NCBI GenBank assembly: GCA_937126915.1
Contig: CAKZLM010000083.1
Coordinates: forward strand, 1,185-65,184
Direction: 5' to 3'
DNA: 64,000 nucleotides
Origin: an uncultured Alphaproteobacteria bacterium
Lineage (GTDB): Bacteria; Pseudomonadota; Alphaproteobacteria; Sphingomonadales; SMXR01
Below the pieces are notes generated by a model. The model had not been told where the DNA came from, searched no databases, and was given only the letters and a program-made list of their open reading frames with translations. This document shows positions 54,841-64,000 of the stretch, in pieces (position 1 is the stretch's first letter; every line of letters starts with the position of its first letter). The position numbers were made by a program, and so were the translations under genes.

Positions 54841-56894
54841 CGGCTTTCACGCCACCAAGTTATCAAGCTTAAACCTATCAATAAAAGCGCTACCCACAGC
54901 GGTGGTATCAGTGGCATTTCAATGATTTTCAAAGTGCGGCTGGCGTTGCGTTCTCTAATCCCTGCCCAATCCTCGCCGTGGCCATTGGCGCTGCTGCTTA
55001 TGGCTCTGATGCTAGGAAAACCATCTTCTAGCCAAAATGTGCCGCCATCATTGCTATCTGCTAGTGGTGCTAGGAATTCTGCGCTTGGATAGGGTTTGTC
55101 AAATTCGCGGTCATTCAACACCCCAACCGCCACCAATTGTGTTTTATCTCGTTCGGTAATGGTGTAAAGACCCGCTTTCTCAACATTGAGGCTGCCAAGG
55201 CTTTTGCCTTGTCCGATGGAGGATAATTGCACTCGCTCTTCAAAACCCTCTGGCCCGGTTACAACGGCGAGGCCATCTTGTGACAATAAGCTGCGAGTTT
55301 CAATGTTGATGGTGTTTTCGCGCACTGTCACATTAAGCGCTTCTTCTTCTAAATCAGGCTCTTTCATCAGCCAGTGCGCGGTGCGGCGTACCAATTCATC
55401 ATATGGGCCGCCTTCTTCCACACCGCGTGCCCACATCCAAATATGATCGGATAAAAATTGCGCAATACGGCCGTTACCTTCTTTTGATAACACCAAGAGC
55501 GGTTGGCCATTTTCATCGGTCATCAGGGTGTTACCGTCCAACGCCACAGCAATATTGGTGCGGAACCAACGGCCCCAATTATCGCGGTCAGGATTTAGGC
55601 TAAGGCCCGCTGTAACGGGGTGGCGTTTGCCTAATTCGGTGATTTGTGGAATAAAGCCTTCGTTGGACACGCGCCCCGTTGGAGCAGCAGGTAAGATGCT
55701 GGAAAGCGCGGTGGCATAAAGCGAAAAACGTTCAGAATATTCAGGCCCCGTAGCCACCAGCATGGCGCCACCATTTTCCACATATTCCGCTAAATTCCGT
55801 AAATATTGCATCGCCAATACGCCGCGTATGCGATAGCGATCAAAGATGACCAAATCAAATTTGTCCAATTGGCGCTCGAACAGTTCCTCCGTTGGAAAAG
55901 GGATGAGGGCCAATTCGTCAACAGGGGTGTTATCGCGGCTGGTCGGCAGACGCAAAATGGTGAAATGAATAAGGTCAACTGCGGGATCAGATTTCAGGGT
56001 TTGCCGCCAAATACGTCCACCTTGATGTGGCTCGCCCGAAACCAAAAGTACTCGAAGGCGATCACGAACCGCATTGATGGTCAATTGCTGGCTGTTATTG
56101 TTCAATATAGTTTCACCGTCGAGGGCAGATACTTCAACCTCAACCAGCAAGGGCCCACGCTTTTCAGCGCGTAATTGAATCGGCCATGGGGTGTTGGTGC
56201 GGATGGTGCTTTGATATACTGGTTCACCATTTTGTCTGACGGTCAGACGCACACGTCGCTGTTCGCCGTCGCGGTCTTCGGCTCGCACAATCATATCAAC
56301 TGGACGACCCACCAGGGCATATTCTGGCGCTTGTTCAATCACCAAACGACGATCGATAAAGTTTTTTGATCCAGTAAGCAGGGCGTGAACAGGAATTTGG
56401 TCAAGCTGGGCAATGTCAACATCGCTGGCGTCATGAATTTGACCATCACTGACGACAAACACGGCGGCCAGTTGGTCTTTGTTTTCTTCCGCCAAAAATT
56501 GTTGAAGCGCTGATTTTAAACGACTGCCTTGGTTTTGTTCAGCATCCATCACGCGGCGCACAATGATGGTGGCATTATCAGGGCTGCTCTCTTGAATGTG
56601 GGCTAGGGCCTCATCAGCTTGTTGGTCACGGTTTTCAATACTCATGCTGGTGGACTGGTCCAACAGCACCAACACGCGGTTTGGCAGGCTTTCTTGCTCG
56701 CGCTCAATTAACGAAGGGCCGCATAAAAAAAACAGAAACACCGACAGGATTAAAAATCGCCAAACTTGTCCATGAGCGCGGTTCTTAAGGCCAAGATAAA
56801 TCACCGCTACCCCGAACACAGCCAGCACCGCAATGATCCATAAAGGAACAAGCGGGTTAAAATATAGCTGATCAAGGGTGGCGAAGGTTGGCAT
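54837..56894 (-). CDS. membrane protein with a vWA-like MIDAS motif, last gene of the MoxR operon (cmdD/RL3502-like)
   Basis: 685 aa with N-terminal TM helices and VLVLLDQSTSM (DxSxS). It is the fourth gene after MoxR, DUF58 and BatA_N-DUF4159. Its 3' end overlaps the convergent porin stop by 4 nt. Confidence 0.65.
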   Translation of the reverse strand: MPTFATLDQLYFNPLVPLWIIAVLAVFGVAVIYLGLKNRAHGQVWRFLILSVFLFFLCGPSLIEREQESLPNRVLVLLDQSTSMSIENRDQQADEALAHIQESSPDNATIIVRRVMDAEQNQGSRLKSALQQFLAEENKDQLAAVFVVSDGQIHDASDVDIAQLDQIPVHALLTGSKNFIDRRLVIEQAPEYALVGRPVDMIVRAEDRDGEQRRVRLTVRQNGEPVYQSTIRTNTPWPIQLRAEKRGPLLVEVEVSALDGETILNNNSQQLTINAVRDRLRVLLVSGEPHQGGRIWRQTLKSDPAVDLIHFTILRLPTSRDNTPVDELALIPFPTEELFERQLDKFDLVIFDRYRIRGVLAMQYLRNLAEYVENGGAMLVATGPEYSERFSLYATALSSILPAAPTGRVSNEGFIPQITELGKRHPVTAGLSLNPDRDNWGRWFRTNIAVALDGNTLMTDENGQPLLVLSKEGNGRIAQFLSDHIWMWARGVEEGGPYDELVRRTAHWLMKEPDLEEEALNVTVRENTINIETRSLLSQDGLAVVTGPEGFEERVQLSSIGQGKSLGSLNVEKAGLYTITERDKTQLVAVGVLNDREFDKPYPSAEFLAPLADSNDGGTFWLEDGFPSIRAISSSANGHGEDWAGIRERNASRTLKIIEMPLIPPLWVALLLIGLSLITWWRESR

Positions 56895-56900
56895 TGGCGA

Positions 56901-59753
56901 TCAGTTCCTTAAGCGATTAATGATGGTTTCAAGATGGATGGTGTCATTTTTGTAGGTGCCTGTCAGGGCATACATCACCAAATTAACCCCGAAACGCAGC
57001 GATAACTCTTTTTGTTGCATCCCACCAGAAAGGTTTGGGCTCGCCATCATGCTATTGGCATCAAACGACCATGTGCTAACCCAATCATGGCTACCAATGA
57101 TAATGCCTGAAACTTGCGGGTCTTGCCCTTCCGATGACTTTTCGGCCCACACTTGTCGGCCATCAATGCGGCCTGGAAAACGCTCCAGCAAATAATATGA
57201 TTTGCTCAAAACATGGTCATTATCCACTTCCACCAAGGGTGGGATATTAATGTTTTGAGTTATTTCTTGTAGTTTGGCCTCGCGTTCTGGGTTGCGCATG
57301 CCAATGTTGCTGCCAATGGCGGGATCGCCAACGCCCAAATCAAAAAACACCATGCCGCCCGCTTGTAAATAGTCATTAATTTGGCGGATCCCCTTATCGG
57401 TTAAGGGCTCGGTGTTTTCTGTTACCGGCCAATAAATAAGTGGGAATAGGTTAATGGGATCTCGGTTCGGGTCAACCGGGAAGGCTGGCCCTAAAGAAAC
57501 CGATGTTCTTATGCGCATCATCATCGACAGACCATTCAGGCCTGATGCCACCTGTCCATCCAGCGTTGGGTTGCCAGTGGGGATATAGGCAAGGCGCATG
57601 CGCCCTGTGGAGTTTTGCACAAAGTTTGAATTTAGGTCCGGCAATAAAGTGCGTGATGGCGGGTCTGGGATAACTTGTTGCGCTGATGCGGCATTACCCC
57701 CCAACACCAGCATTATAGCTGCCAATGGCACGATCAGGCTAATAATAACCTGTGTGATGGTGCCTGCTGTTTTTTTTGATGATGTCAAGGCGTTCAAGCT
57801 AATCATCCCCCTAAGCCACAATGCTGCAATCATATCAGCTATTAGCAATAAAACCACCAAACTATAAAGCAAGGGTTTCAAGTCGGTTTCAGGGTCAGGC
57901 ATAAAGCCAATGGTTTGTTGGAGGGAGCCGTAATTGCCCTCCCTAAAGGTGAAGTCTTGATCTATGGGGCCTTGCTCTGCCATTAAATTAAGGGCAACAC
58001 GCTGTTGTCCGATACCATATGTGCCAGCGGGCAGGTCAACTCCTGCTTCGATGGTGCTAAGGTTTGCTAGGGATAGTGAAGGCATACCCAAAGGTGCGGT
58101 TGACAGGCGACCAAACCCATCCATCATCTGTTCCATGGGGATATTGGCTTGATTGTTTAATTGCGCCGCTGAGCCACTGCCGCTGTTGCTGGTGGCAAGG
58201 GGTAATAAACGCTCTAACATGTCAACAAAAACACCGCTGGCTGCAAGGTTAGACCAATTTAAGTTGGCGGTGGTGTGGAATAAAACCACCCAGCCATTGC
58301 CTAACTGTTTCCCGGTGACCAGTGGCGTACCATCAGCCAAGCTGGCCCACGTGTGATCAGCAAGGGTTATATCGGGAGCCGCTAATAATTGGCGGGTCAC
58401 AGTAATTTCATCATTAATGGCAATGCCATAGAAGGGACTTTCTTCAGGGAAGGGGGCTAAGGGTTTCGCGTCGTCCCACGAAAGGGCACCGCCAAAAGAT
58501 CGATTGCCTAATCGTAACGTTACCGGAATGAGATTGTCGACGCCATTTTCCATGCGGTTACCAGCAAAGCGGATAAGAACCCCGCCTTCACGGATCCAGC
58601 GTTCAAGCCGATCAACGCGGCCTTCGTTCATGCGGCCAATATTTGCCATTAATAAAAGTCGAATATCATTCTCTAACAAGCTGTCTAGGTCGCTTTCAAG
58701 GATGCTGGTACGGTTTTCTAGGGCGCGACTTAAAAAATGCCTTGCGGTTTTAAGTGGCGGCAGTCCTGTGACATTTTCACCCGTGATCAAGCCAGTAAGA
58801 GGGCGGTTGCTACGACCATCTGTAAAAAGCGTGGTGCCAGCGCTTTCTTCATTTAAAACCGCAATGCGACCAATATCATTGCGTTGCGCCGCTGGTAAGG
58901 GGATGGTGGCGCTGGTTTTACTGCTGCCCGCTTCAAAGCTGGCTTGAACCTCGCTTAGAGGGCGACCATCACGGCCAAAGGCGCGTATGATATTAGTGGC
59001 AAAAAAATCACGCTCTGGTCTGGTTAGGGTCACATTAAAATTAAGCCCTTCATATTTTAAGGGTAGTAAAGCCAAGGGATAGTCGGTGCTGGCTTCAAGC
59101 TTAACTACAATATCTTCAGCGTCTGACAAACGCTCCACAAGGCGGGCTTGGTTAGGATGGCTAAGACCATCGCTAAACCAAATCACATGGCTGTTTGTTA
59201 GGTCTATATCGGTTAATTGTCTTATCACATAGTCATAATTGGGTGAAGACGCCTCAGGGGTAAGATTAGCTAATTGTTGTCGAACATTTGTAGCCAATTG
59301 CGGTGAAGGCGCGGATGGGCTTTGTTTTTGAGCATCTTCAAAGCCGGGGCTGGTCGGCATTAAATAAACGGGGCGGTCTTGCCGCGCGGCCTTATCTAAG
59401 GTGGCAGTTAGGGCGTTTAGCCAATTTTGCCAGCGACTGGCGCTTTGCCATCCATTGTCCACCAATAAAACTACAGGTCCATTGCCTGCAAGGGGTTTTG
59501 CTGGGTTTAAAATGGGTTGTGACAGGGCCATGATGATTAGGCTGGCCATCAATAAGCGCAGTAATAAAATCCACCATGGGGCCTTATCGGGTGGCGGGTC
59601 TCCGCCAGCGATTTTTTTCAAAATCATCATAGGTGGGAAGCTAAGGTCCTGCGGTTTTGGTGGTAGGGCCCGTATCACCAACCAAATAATGGGTAGTGAT
59701 AAGCCTAACCAGAAAAGGCTTGGGTATAAAAAGCTTAAGGGACCAAAACTCAT
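56901..59753 (-). CDS. BatA_N (N-terminal double-TM) / DUF4159 large membrane protein
   Basis: 950 aa. The N-terminus reads F..P..L..L..LPIIWLVIRALPPKP....FPPMMIL. The C-terminal region has LFPLIYWPV....L......INDYLQAGGMVFFD, typical of DUF4159. Its start overlaps the DUF58 stop (ATGA). Confidence 0.72.
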   Translation of the reverse strand: MSFGPLSFLYPSLFWLGLSLPIIWLVIRALPPKPQDLSFPPMMILKKIAGGDPPPDKAPWWILLLRLLMASLIIMALSQPILNPAKPLAGNGPVVLLVDNGWQSASRWQNWLNALTATLDKAARQDRPVYLMPTSPGFEDAQKQSPSAPSPQLATNVRQQLANLTPEASSPNYDYVIRQLTDIDLTNSHVIWFSDGLSHPNQARLVERLSDAEDIVVKLEASTDYPLALLPLKYEGLNFNVTLTRPERDFFATNIIRAFGRDGRPLSEVQASFEAGSSKTSATIPLPAAQRNDIGRIAVLNEESAGTTLFTDGRSNRPLTGLITGENVTGLPPLKTARHFLSRALENRTSILESDLDSLLENDIRLLLMANIGRMNEGRVDRLERWIREGGVLIRFAGNRMENGVDNLIPVTLRLGNRSFGGALSWDDAKPLAPFPEESPFYGIAINDEITVTRQLLAAPDITLADHTWASLADGTPLVTGKQLGNGWVVLFHTTANLNWSNLAASGVFVDMLERLLPLATSNSGSGSAAQLNNQANIPMEQMMDGFGRLSTAPLGMPSLSLANLSTIEAGVDLPAGTYGIGQQRVALNLMAEQGPIDQDFTFREGNYGSLQQTIGFMPDPETDLKPLLYSLVVLLLIADMIAALWLRGMISLNALTSSKKTAGTITQVIISLIVPLAAIMLVLGGNAASAQQVIPDPPSRTLLPDLNSNFVQNSTGRMRLAYIPTGNPTLDGQVASGLNGLSMMMRIRTSVSLGPAFPVDPNRDPINLFPLIYWPVTENTEPLTDKGIRQINDYLQAGGMVFFDLGVGDPAIGSNIGMRNPEREAKLQEITQNINIPPLVEVDNDHVLSKSYYLLERFPGRIDGRQVWAEKSSEGQDPQVSGIIIGSHDWVSTWSFDANSMMASPNLSGGMQQKELSLRFGVNLVMYALTGTYKNDTIHLETIINRLRN

Positions 59754-60715
59754 ACCATCGCTCCCCGTTTTGATGCTTGTGCGGCATCTGATAATTGCAA
59801 CAGATGGCTTAATGTCTCAGTGGCGGGTTGATGGCTATAGGAGCGTGTTAACGACCAATGGCATGATTTGGCATAGGTCTTTAGGTTGTTCCAATAGGTT
59901 TGAATGGCGTACTCATAATCAGCGGTTTGGTCTTCAACCCGCGCAATGGTGTGGGTTCCTTCGCCTTCAAGCCCTTGAAAGCGGGTTCGTCCCCGTCCGG
60001 GTAAGGTAGCCTCAGCCGGGTCGATAATGTGAATTAGGTGGCCTCGCACCCCTTGGCGGTTCATGTTAACCATCCATTGCTTAAGCGTGTTTAAATCAGC
60101 CATTAAAAAGTCACTGAAGATAAATATCTGCGCCCCGCGCTGTGGAATACGTGCGTCTGGAAGATGTTGCTGATGATCAGTTTTTTGCAAACCCTCGATC
60201 AAGCGCTCATAGGCATAAATCCCTTCGCGGGTGCGGTCATGCAACCCCAGCATGCCAAGGCGCTCGCCGCTTTTTTCCAGCAGCCGCGCGGAGGCAATGG
60301 TTAAAAGGCGAGCGTGATCATATTTACTGAGAATATGATCCTCGGACCGCCAATGCATCGAGGGCGAACCATCGCACCATATCCATGCATGTTGACTGGT
60401 TTGCCATTCATGTTCTTTTACAAAATGCTGGTCAGAACGGGCTGAGCGTCGCCAATCAATGTTTTTAGCATCATCGCCTGTGCTGTAAGGGCGGTATTGC
60501 CAGAAGTTATCGCCGCTGCCAGCTTGTCGTCGTGGGTGGATACCGCGACTGATGTTTTGCGGCAGGCTGGCTGATGGGAAAGAAAGATCGTTTAAGCTGT
60601 CTGCAGTTTGTTCGGCCAAAGTGCGCAACTGGTTAAGCGACAACTCGTTTAAGATGTCGTGTCTTTCACCAAAAAGTTTCGCCATGAGGCCAGATTTGAT
60701 CATTCTACATCCCAA
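59750..60715 (-). CDS. DUF58 protein (vWA-like partner of MoxR ATPases)
   Basis: 321 aa lying directly downstream of the MoxR ATPase. It has the conserved G(D/E).F...R.Y..GD....IDWR.SAR pattern (GDNFWQYRPYSTGDDAKNIDWRRSAR). Confidence 0.8.
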   Translation of the reverse strand: MGCRMIKSGLMAKLFGERHDILNELSLNQLRTLAEQTADSLNDLSFPSASLPQNISRGIHPRRQAGSGDNFWQYRPYSTGDDAKNIDWRRSARSDQHFVKEHEWQTSQHAWIWCDGSPSMHWRSEDHILSKYDHARLLTIASARLLEKSGERLGMLGLHDRTREGIYAYERLIEGLQKTDHQQHLPDARIPQRGAQIFIFSDFLMADLNTLKQWMVNMNRQGVRGHLIHIIDPAEATLPGRGRTRFQGLEGEGTHTIARVEDQTADYEYAIQTYWNNLKTYAKSCHWSLTRSYSHQPATETLSHLLQLSDAAQASKRGAMV

Positions 60716-60734
60716 AAGTGAAGCAGTTTGTGGA

Positions 60735-61766
60735 CTATAGACCCTTGGTTAGGTCATCAATAATGTCATCAACAGTTAAGCCATCAGCGCGGGCACTGAA
60801 TTTTAACGCGATACGATGACGCAATATTGGTTTCGCTAACGTAATGACATCATCAATGGAGGGAGCTATACGCCCATCGATGAGGGCCTTAGCACGGCAT
60901 CCAAGCATTAAAGACTGTGCTGCCCTTGGGCCAGGACCCCAGCTGAGAGGGCTGTCACCGCCTTCAGGGCGGGCCGAACGTACCAATTTAAGAATGGCAT
61001 CTACCACTTTTTCCCCAACCGGCATGGCGCGCACGATGTGTTGCAAAAACTCTAGCCCATCCTCGTTCAATTGTGCGCTGATACTCTGTTGGTTTAGGCC
61101 TGTGGTGCGAATTAATATCTCACGCTCGCTTTCAAGGTCAGGATAATCAACGTTTACCTGCGCAAAAAAGCGGTCAAGTTGCGCTTCTGGCAGGGGGTAG
61201 GTGCCTTCTTGCTCAATCGGGTTTTGCGTGGCCAATACATGAAACGGCTGTTTTAATTTGTGGGTTTTGCCTGAAATGGTGACTGTTTTTTCCTGCATTG
61301 CCTGCAACAGCGCCGATTGGGTGCGTGGGCTGGCGCGGTTAATTTCATCCGCCATTAATAATTGGCAGAAAATAGGACCTTTGATAAAGCGAAAGCTGCG
61401 TTTGCCGTTCTCACCTTCCTCTAAAACTTCAGACCCTAGAATATCAGCAGGTAAAAGGTCAGGCGTGAACTGAACGCGCTTTTCCGATAAACCAAGAACG
61501 GTGCCTAGGGTTTCAACCAATAGGGTTTTTGCCAAACCGGGAACGCCGACCAATAAGGCATGACCCGATGACAGCAGTGTCACCAACACTTCTTCCACCA
61601 CTTGATCTTGGCCCACAATGACCTTGGCAATTTCTTGGCGAATGGCGGCAACCTTTTCAGCGCCAGCGCTGATTTTTTCACTGGCAAGATCACCACCCAA
61701 CTCACGAAACGAAGCGTTGTCGGAAGCGTTTGCCTTGTTGATGTCATCGCCGCTGATCTTATTCAT
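60735..61766 (-). CDS. MoxR-family AAA+ ATPase
   Basis: 343 aa with Walker A GVPGLAKT, Walker B LLMADEINRASPRTQSALLQAMQE and the characteristic ..IVGQ...V..VL..LL..GH.LL. Confidence 0.9.
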   Translation of the reverse strand: MNKISGDDINKANASDNASFRELGGDLASEKISAGAEKVAAIRQEIAKVIVGQDQVVEEVLVTLLSSGHALLVGVPGLAKTLLVETLGTVLGLSEKRVQFTPDLLPADILGSEVLEEGENGKRSFRFIKGPIFCQLLMADEINRASPRTQSALLQAMQEKTVTISGKTHKLKQPFHVLATQNPIEQEGTYPLPEAQLDRFFAQVNVDYPDLESEREILIRTTGLNQQSISAQLNEDGLEFLQHIVRAMPVGEKVVDAILKLVRSARPEGGDSPLSWGPGPRAAQSLMLGCRAKALIDGRIAPSIDDVITLAKPILRHRIALKFSARADGLTVDDIIDDLTKGL

Positions 61767-61861
61767 GCCAATCTTTCCCTTTAATCTGGTTTAATCGTCG
61801 CATAGTATAGAATATAACTATAGGAGGTTAAACCCAAAAGGCGAAGGAAAAGAGGCGCTGA

Positions 61862-62470
61862 ATGGCTGATAATGAGGCAAAAAGCGATAAGATGATGACA
61901 GACGGCGATAAATTGACCGGCCTACAAAAGCTGTTGCAGCAGTTTAAAGATCAAAAATATCCGCCAGTGCATTTGTGGGAACCTGATTATTGCGGGGATA
62001 TAGATATTCGTATCGCCAGCGATGGTACATGGTTTTATATGGGCACACCTATTGGTCGACAGCGATTGGTTAATTTATTTTCTAGTGTGCTGCGCTTGGA
62101 TGATGATGGGTGTTATTATCTGGTTACCCCTGTAGAGAAAATGAAAATCACCGTCGATGTCGCACCCTTGATGGTGGTGCGCATGAAGATAGAGGAAAAA
62201 GACGGAAATCAAGCGATTTTCTTCGAAACAAGAACTAGTGATATGGTTCTATTATCAGCCGATAACCCACTGTGGGTCGAGAGTAAAGGCGAAAATGATG
62301 AACCGCAGCCCTTTGTGATGGTGCGGTCGAATTTAAAGGCATTAATTGCTCGATCTGTGTTTTATGAGCTGGTTTCAAGGGCTGATGAGGTCGAAAAAGA
62401 CGGTAAAACGGTCTTTCAAATTAGCAGCATGGGAACCACATTTCAGCTGGGTGAGGTGCCCCATGAGTGA
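61862..62470 (+). CDS. DUF1285 protein
   Basis: 202 aa: ..PPVHLW.P.YCGDIDIRIA.DGTW.Y.G.PI.R..LV.LFS.VLR.D.DG.Y.LVTP.EK pattern. It is the first gene of the DUF1285-NUDIX-small membrane-cca row. Confidence 0.72.
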   Translation: MADNEAKSDKMMTDGDKLTGLQKLLQQFKDQKYPPVHLWEPDYCGDIDIRIASDGTWFYMGTPIGRQRLVNLFSSVLRLDDDGCYYLVTPVEKMKITVDVAPLMVVRMKIEEKDGNQAIFFETRTSDMVLLSADNPLWVESKGENDEPQPFVMVRSNLKALIARSVFYELVSRADEVEKDGKTVFQISSMGTTFQLGEVPHE

Positions 62471-63236
62471 TGTGATTGGAACGCCTCTAAAACAAAAACA
62501 TTGCGTTGATGATGAATTCGATCCGATGGATGTTGAGGTCAGTGGCAGTCATGTTGTGGCCCCTAAATGGCGGCAAGATGATCTGACTATTTTGTACGAT
62601 CTGATCAAGAATAATTTTAAGGTCTCACCTCAGGCGGCTCCTCAAAAGTTTCTGTCGGGTGATTTGGGTATTGATCATTTACCCGCCATGGTGCCATCAG
62701 AAAAAACCGGAAGAAAGGCGGCGGTTTTGATGCCGCTGGTTGAGCGGGATGGGGGCTATAATCTTATTTTAACACGTCGCACCGATCATTTAACGGCTCA
62801 CCCAGGGCAGGTTGCGTTTCCTGGTGGTCGTAAAGAAGAGGCCGACCCTGACCTAATTCAAACGGCGCTTAGAGAAACCAAAGAAGAAATAGGCATTGAC
62901 GCCCGTTACGTGAATATTTTGGGTGAGATTGGATTATATCGCACCTTTAGCGGCTATCACATCACGCCGGTTCTGGGGGTGCTGGGCGGAAATTATACGG
63001 TGACACCAGACCCCAATGAGGTGGCCGATGTGTTTGAGGTGCCGTTAACGTTTCTTTTGAACCCCGACAATCATCAGCATCTAAGCAAGGAATTTAAGGG
63101 TTTTGAGCGTCATTATTATGCGATGCCTTATGAAGATTATTATATTTGGGGCGTAACTGCTGGTATTTTGGTGAAATTATCCCTATCTTTATATCAGCAT
63201 GTGCAACATCATAAACGGGTGGGAGCTTTTGAATGA
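62463..63236 (+). CDS. CoA pyrophosphatase (NUDIX hydrolase)
   Basis: The ATG at 62463 overlaps the DUF1285 stop (ATGAGTGA). It has the NUDIX box GGRKEEADPDLIQTALRETKEEIGI and upstream AAVLMPL.., as in NudL/PCD1-type enzymes. Confidence 0.82.
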   Translation: MSDVIGTPLKQKHCVDDEFDPMDVEVSGSHVVAPKWRQDDLTILYDLIKNNFKVSPQAAPQKFLSGDLGIDHLPAMVPSEKTGRKAAVLMPLVERDGGYNLILTRRTDHLTAHPGQVAFPGGRKEEADPDLIQTALRETKEEIGIDARYVNILGEIGLYRTFSGYHITPVLGVLGGNYTVTPDPNEVADVFEVPLTFLLNPDNHQHLSKEFKGFERHYYAMPYEDYYIWGVTAGILVKLSLSLYQHVQHHKRVGAFE

Positions 63237-63514
63237 TCATTGCCTTAAGAATATTTGTATTTTTATTGCCCTTCATTGCCTTTTACCTGTGGTATCGCAC
63301 CATGAAAAAATTAAAGGCTGAGGGGAAAGAGGGTCAGATTGATCCCCAAACTGAAAAACAGCTTACTCAGTTTTCAACCCTTGGTATTGTCGCCTTAATT
63401 GCCGCCGTGGCGGTGTTGGCCTTAACCCGCGAGGAAAATACCGAGGGGGATTATATTGCGCCAAAGTTCATTGATGGTGAGATTAAACCTGGTGAAGTGA
63501 AGAAAAAGCCCTAA
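63233..63514 (+). CDS. small two-TM membrane protein, unknown function
   Basis: 93 aa. Its start overlaps the NUDIX stop (ATGA). It has two hydrophobic helices separated by a Lys/Glu-rich loop. Confidence 0.5.
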   Translation: MIIALRIFVFLLPFIAFYLWYRTMKKLKAEGKEGQIDPQTEKQLTQFSTLGIVALIAAVAVLALTREENTEGDYIAPKFIDGEIKPGEVKKKP

Positions 63515-63560
63515 GGAGTAGGCCAATATCGATGGCATGCGGTGCTAAGGTTTCGTGATA

Positions 63561-64000
63561 ATGGCTAAGAAGGTCAAATTTTCATGGCTAAAAAACCCAG
63601 AGGTAAAGACGTTGGTTGCTGCCTTGGGTCGTGATGTCATACGCTTTGTGGGTGGCGCTGTCAGGGATAGTTTGCTTGGGCTAAAGGTATATGACATTGA
63701 CGTGGCCACCACCCTGCACCCAAGCGAGGTGCAAAAAAAGCTAGAAAAAGCAGGCGTTAAGGTGATCCCAACTGGCATTAAGCATGGCACTTTAACTGCC
63801 CTTATTAACCATCAGCCCTTTGAAATTACCACCCTTCGCCATGATAAGAACCCCGATGGCCGTCATGCGGAGGTAGAGTATCATACCGATTGGCGTGAAG
63901 ATGCCAAGCGCCGTGACTTTACCATGAACGCGCTTTACTTAGAACCCAATGGTACTTTGCATGATTATTACGGAGGCGAAACAGACTGTCGTTCAGGCAT
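63561..64000 (+). CDS. cca: CCA tRNA nucleotidyltransferase / poly(A) polymerase family protein, N-terminal part (runs off the window)
   Basis: This is not in the ORF track because no stop is reached. Hand translation from the ATG at 63561 gives MAKKVKFSWLKNPEVKTLVAALGRDVIRFVGGAVRDSLLGLKVYDIDVATT...IPTGIKHGT...TLRHD...RRDFTMNALY. Confidence 0.85.
   Translation, partial: MAKKVKFSWLKNPEVKTLVAALGRDVIRFVGGAVRDSLLGLKVYDIDVATTLHPSEVQKKLEKAGVKVIPTGIKHGTLTALINHQPFEITTLRHDKNPDGRHAEVEYHTDWREDAKRRDFTMNALYLEPNGTLHDYYGGETDCRSG

Overview
The window is a mostly housekeeping chromosomal segment of an alphaproteobacterium. The lineage call rests on several signatures: a CcrM-type GANTC methyltransferase; an F0 operon atpI-atpB-atpE-atpF'-atpF with two b subunits; a DUF721/DciA-type gene beside mutY; groESL with a sigma32-like promoter plus a perfect CIRCE; and a MoxR/DUF58/BatA-N/DUF4159 operon facing DUF1285-NUDIX-cca. 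Coding density is high and I saw no rRNA, CRISPR array, IS element or integrase. RNA and regulatory calls are one tRNA-Gln(UUG), about a dozen intrinsic terminators, CIRCE, and some promoter guesses. The region most worth a second look is a visibly AT-rich islet at about 44.3-47.2 kb, between an FprA-like reductase gene and groESL. It holds a signal-less T4-lysozyme-like muramidase with a roughly 125-aa non-lysozyme N-terminal extension. That gene converges, with a 1-nt gap, on a secreted, internally duplicated, Cys-containing protein of unknown family. The muramidase gene is preceded by a promoter-like site, two consecutive intrinsic terminators and five tandem 15-bp repeats. I read this as a possible pesticin/colicin-M-style lysozyme bacteriocin plus periplasmic immunity module, which is an inference and not demonstrated. 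Other observations: a 12-mer (TTTGATGGTGCC) that recurs in intergenic regions always on the top strand; a longer element shared by the smc and lysR upstream regions; a 600-bp structured non-coding gap upstream of rnhB ending in a terminator (candidate sRNA); and a hairpin cluster upstream of a radical-SAM gene. All protein calls come from motifs I can read in the supplied translations. No database search was run.
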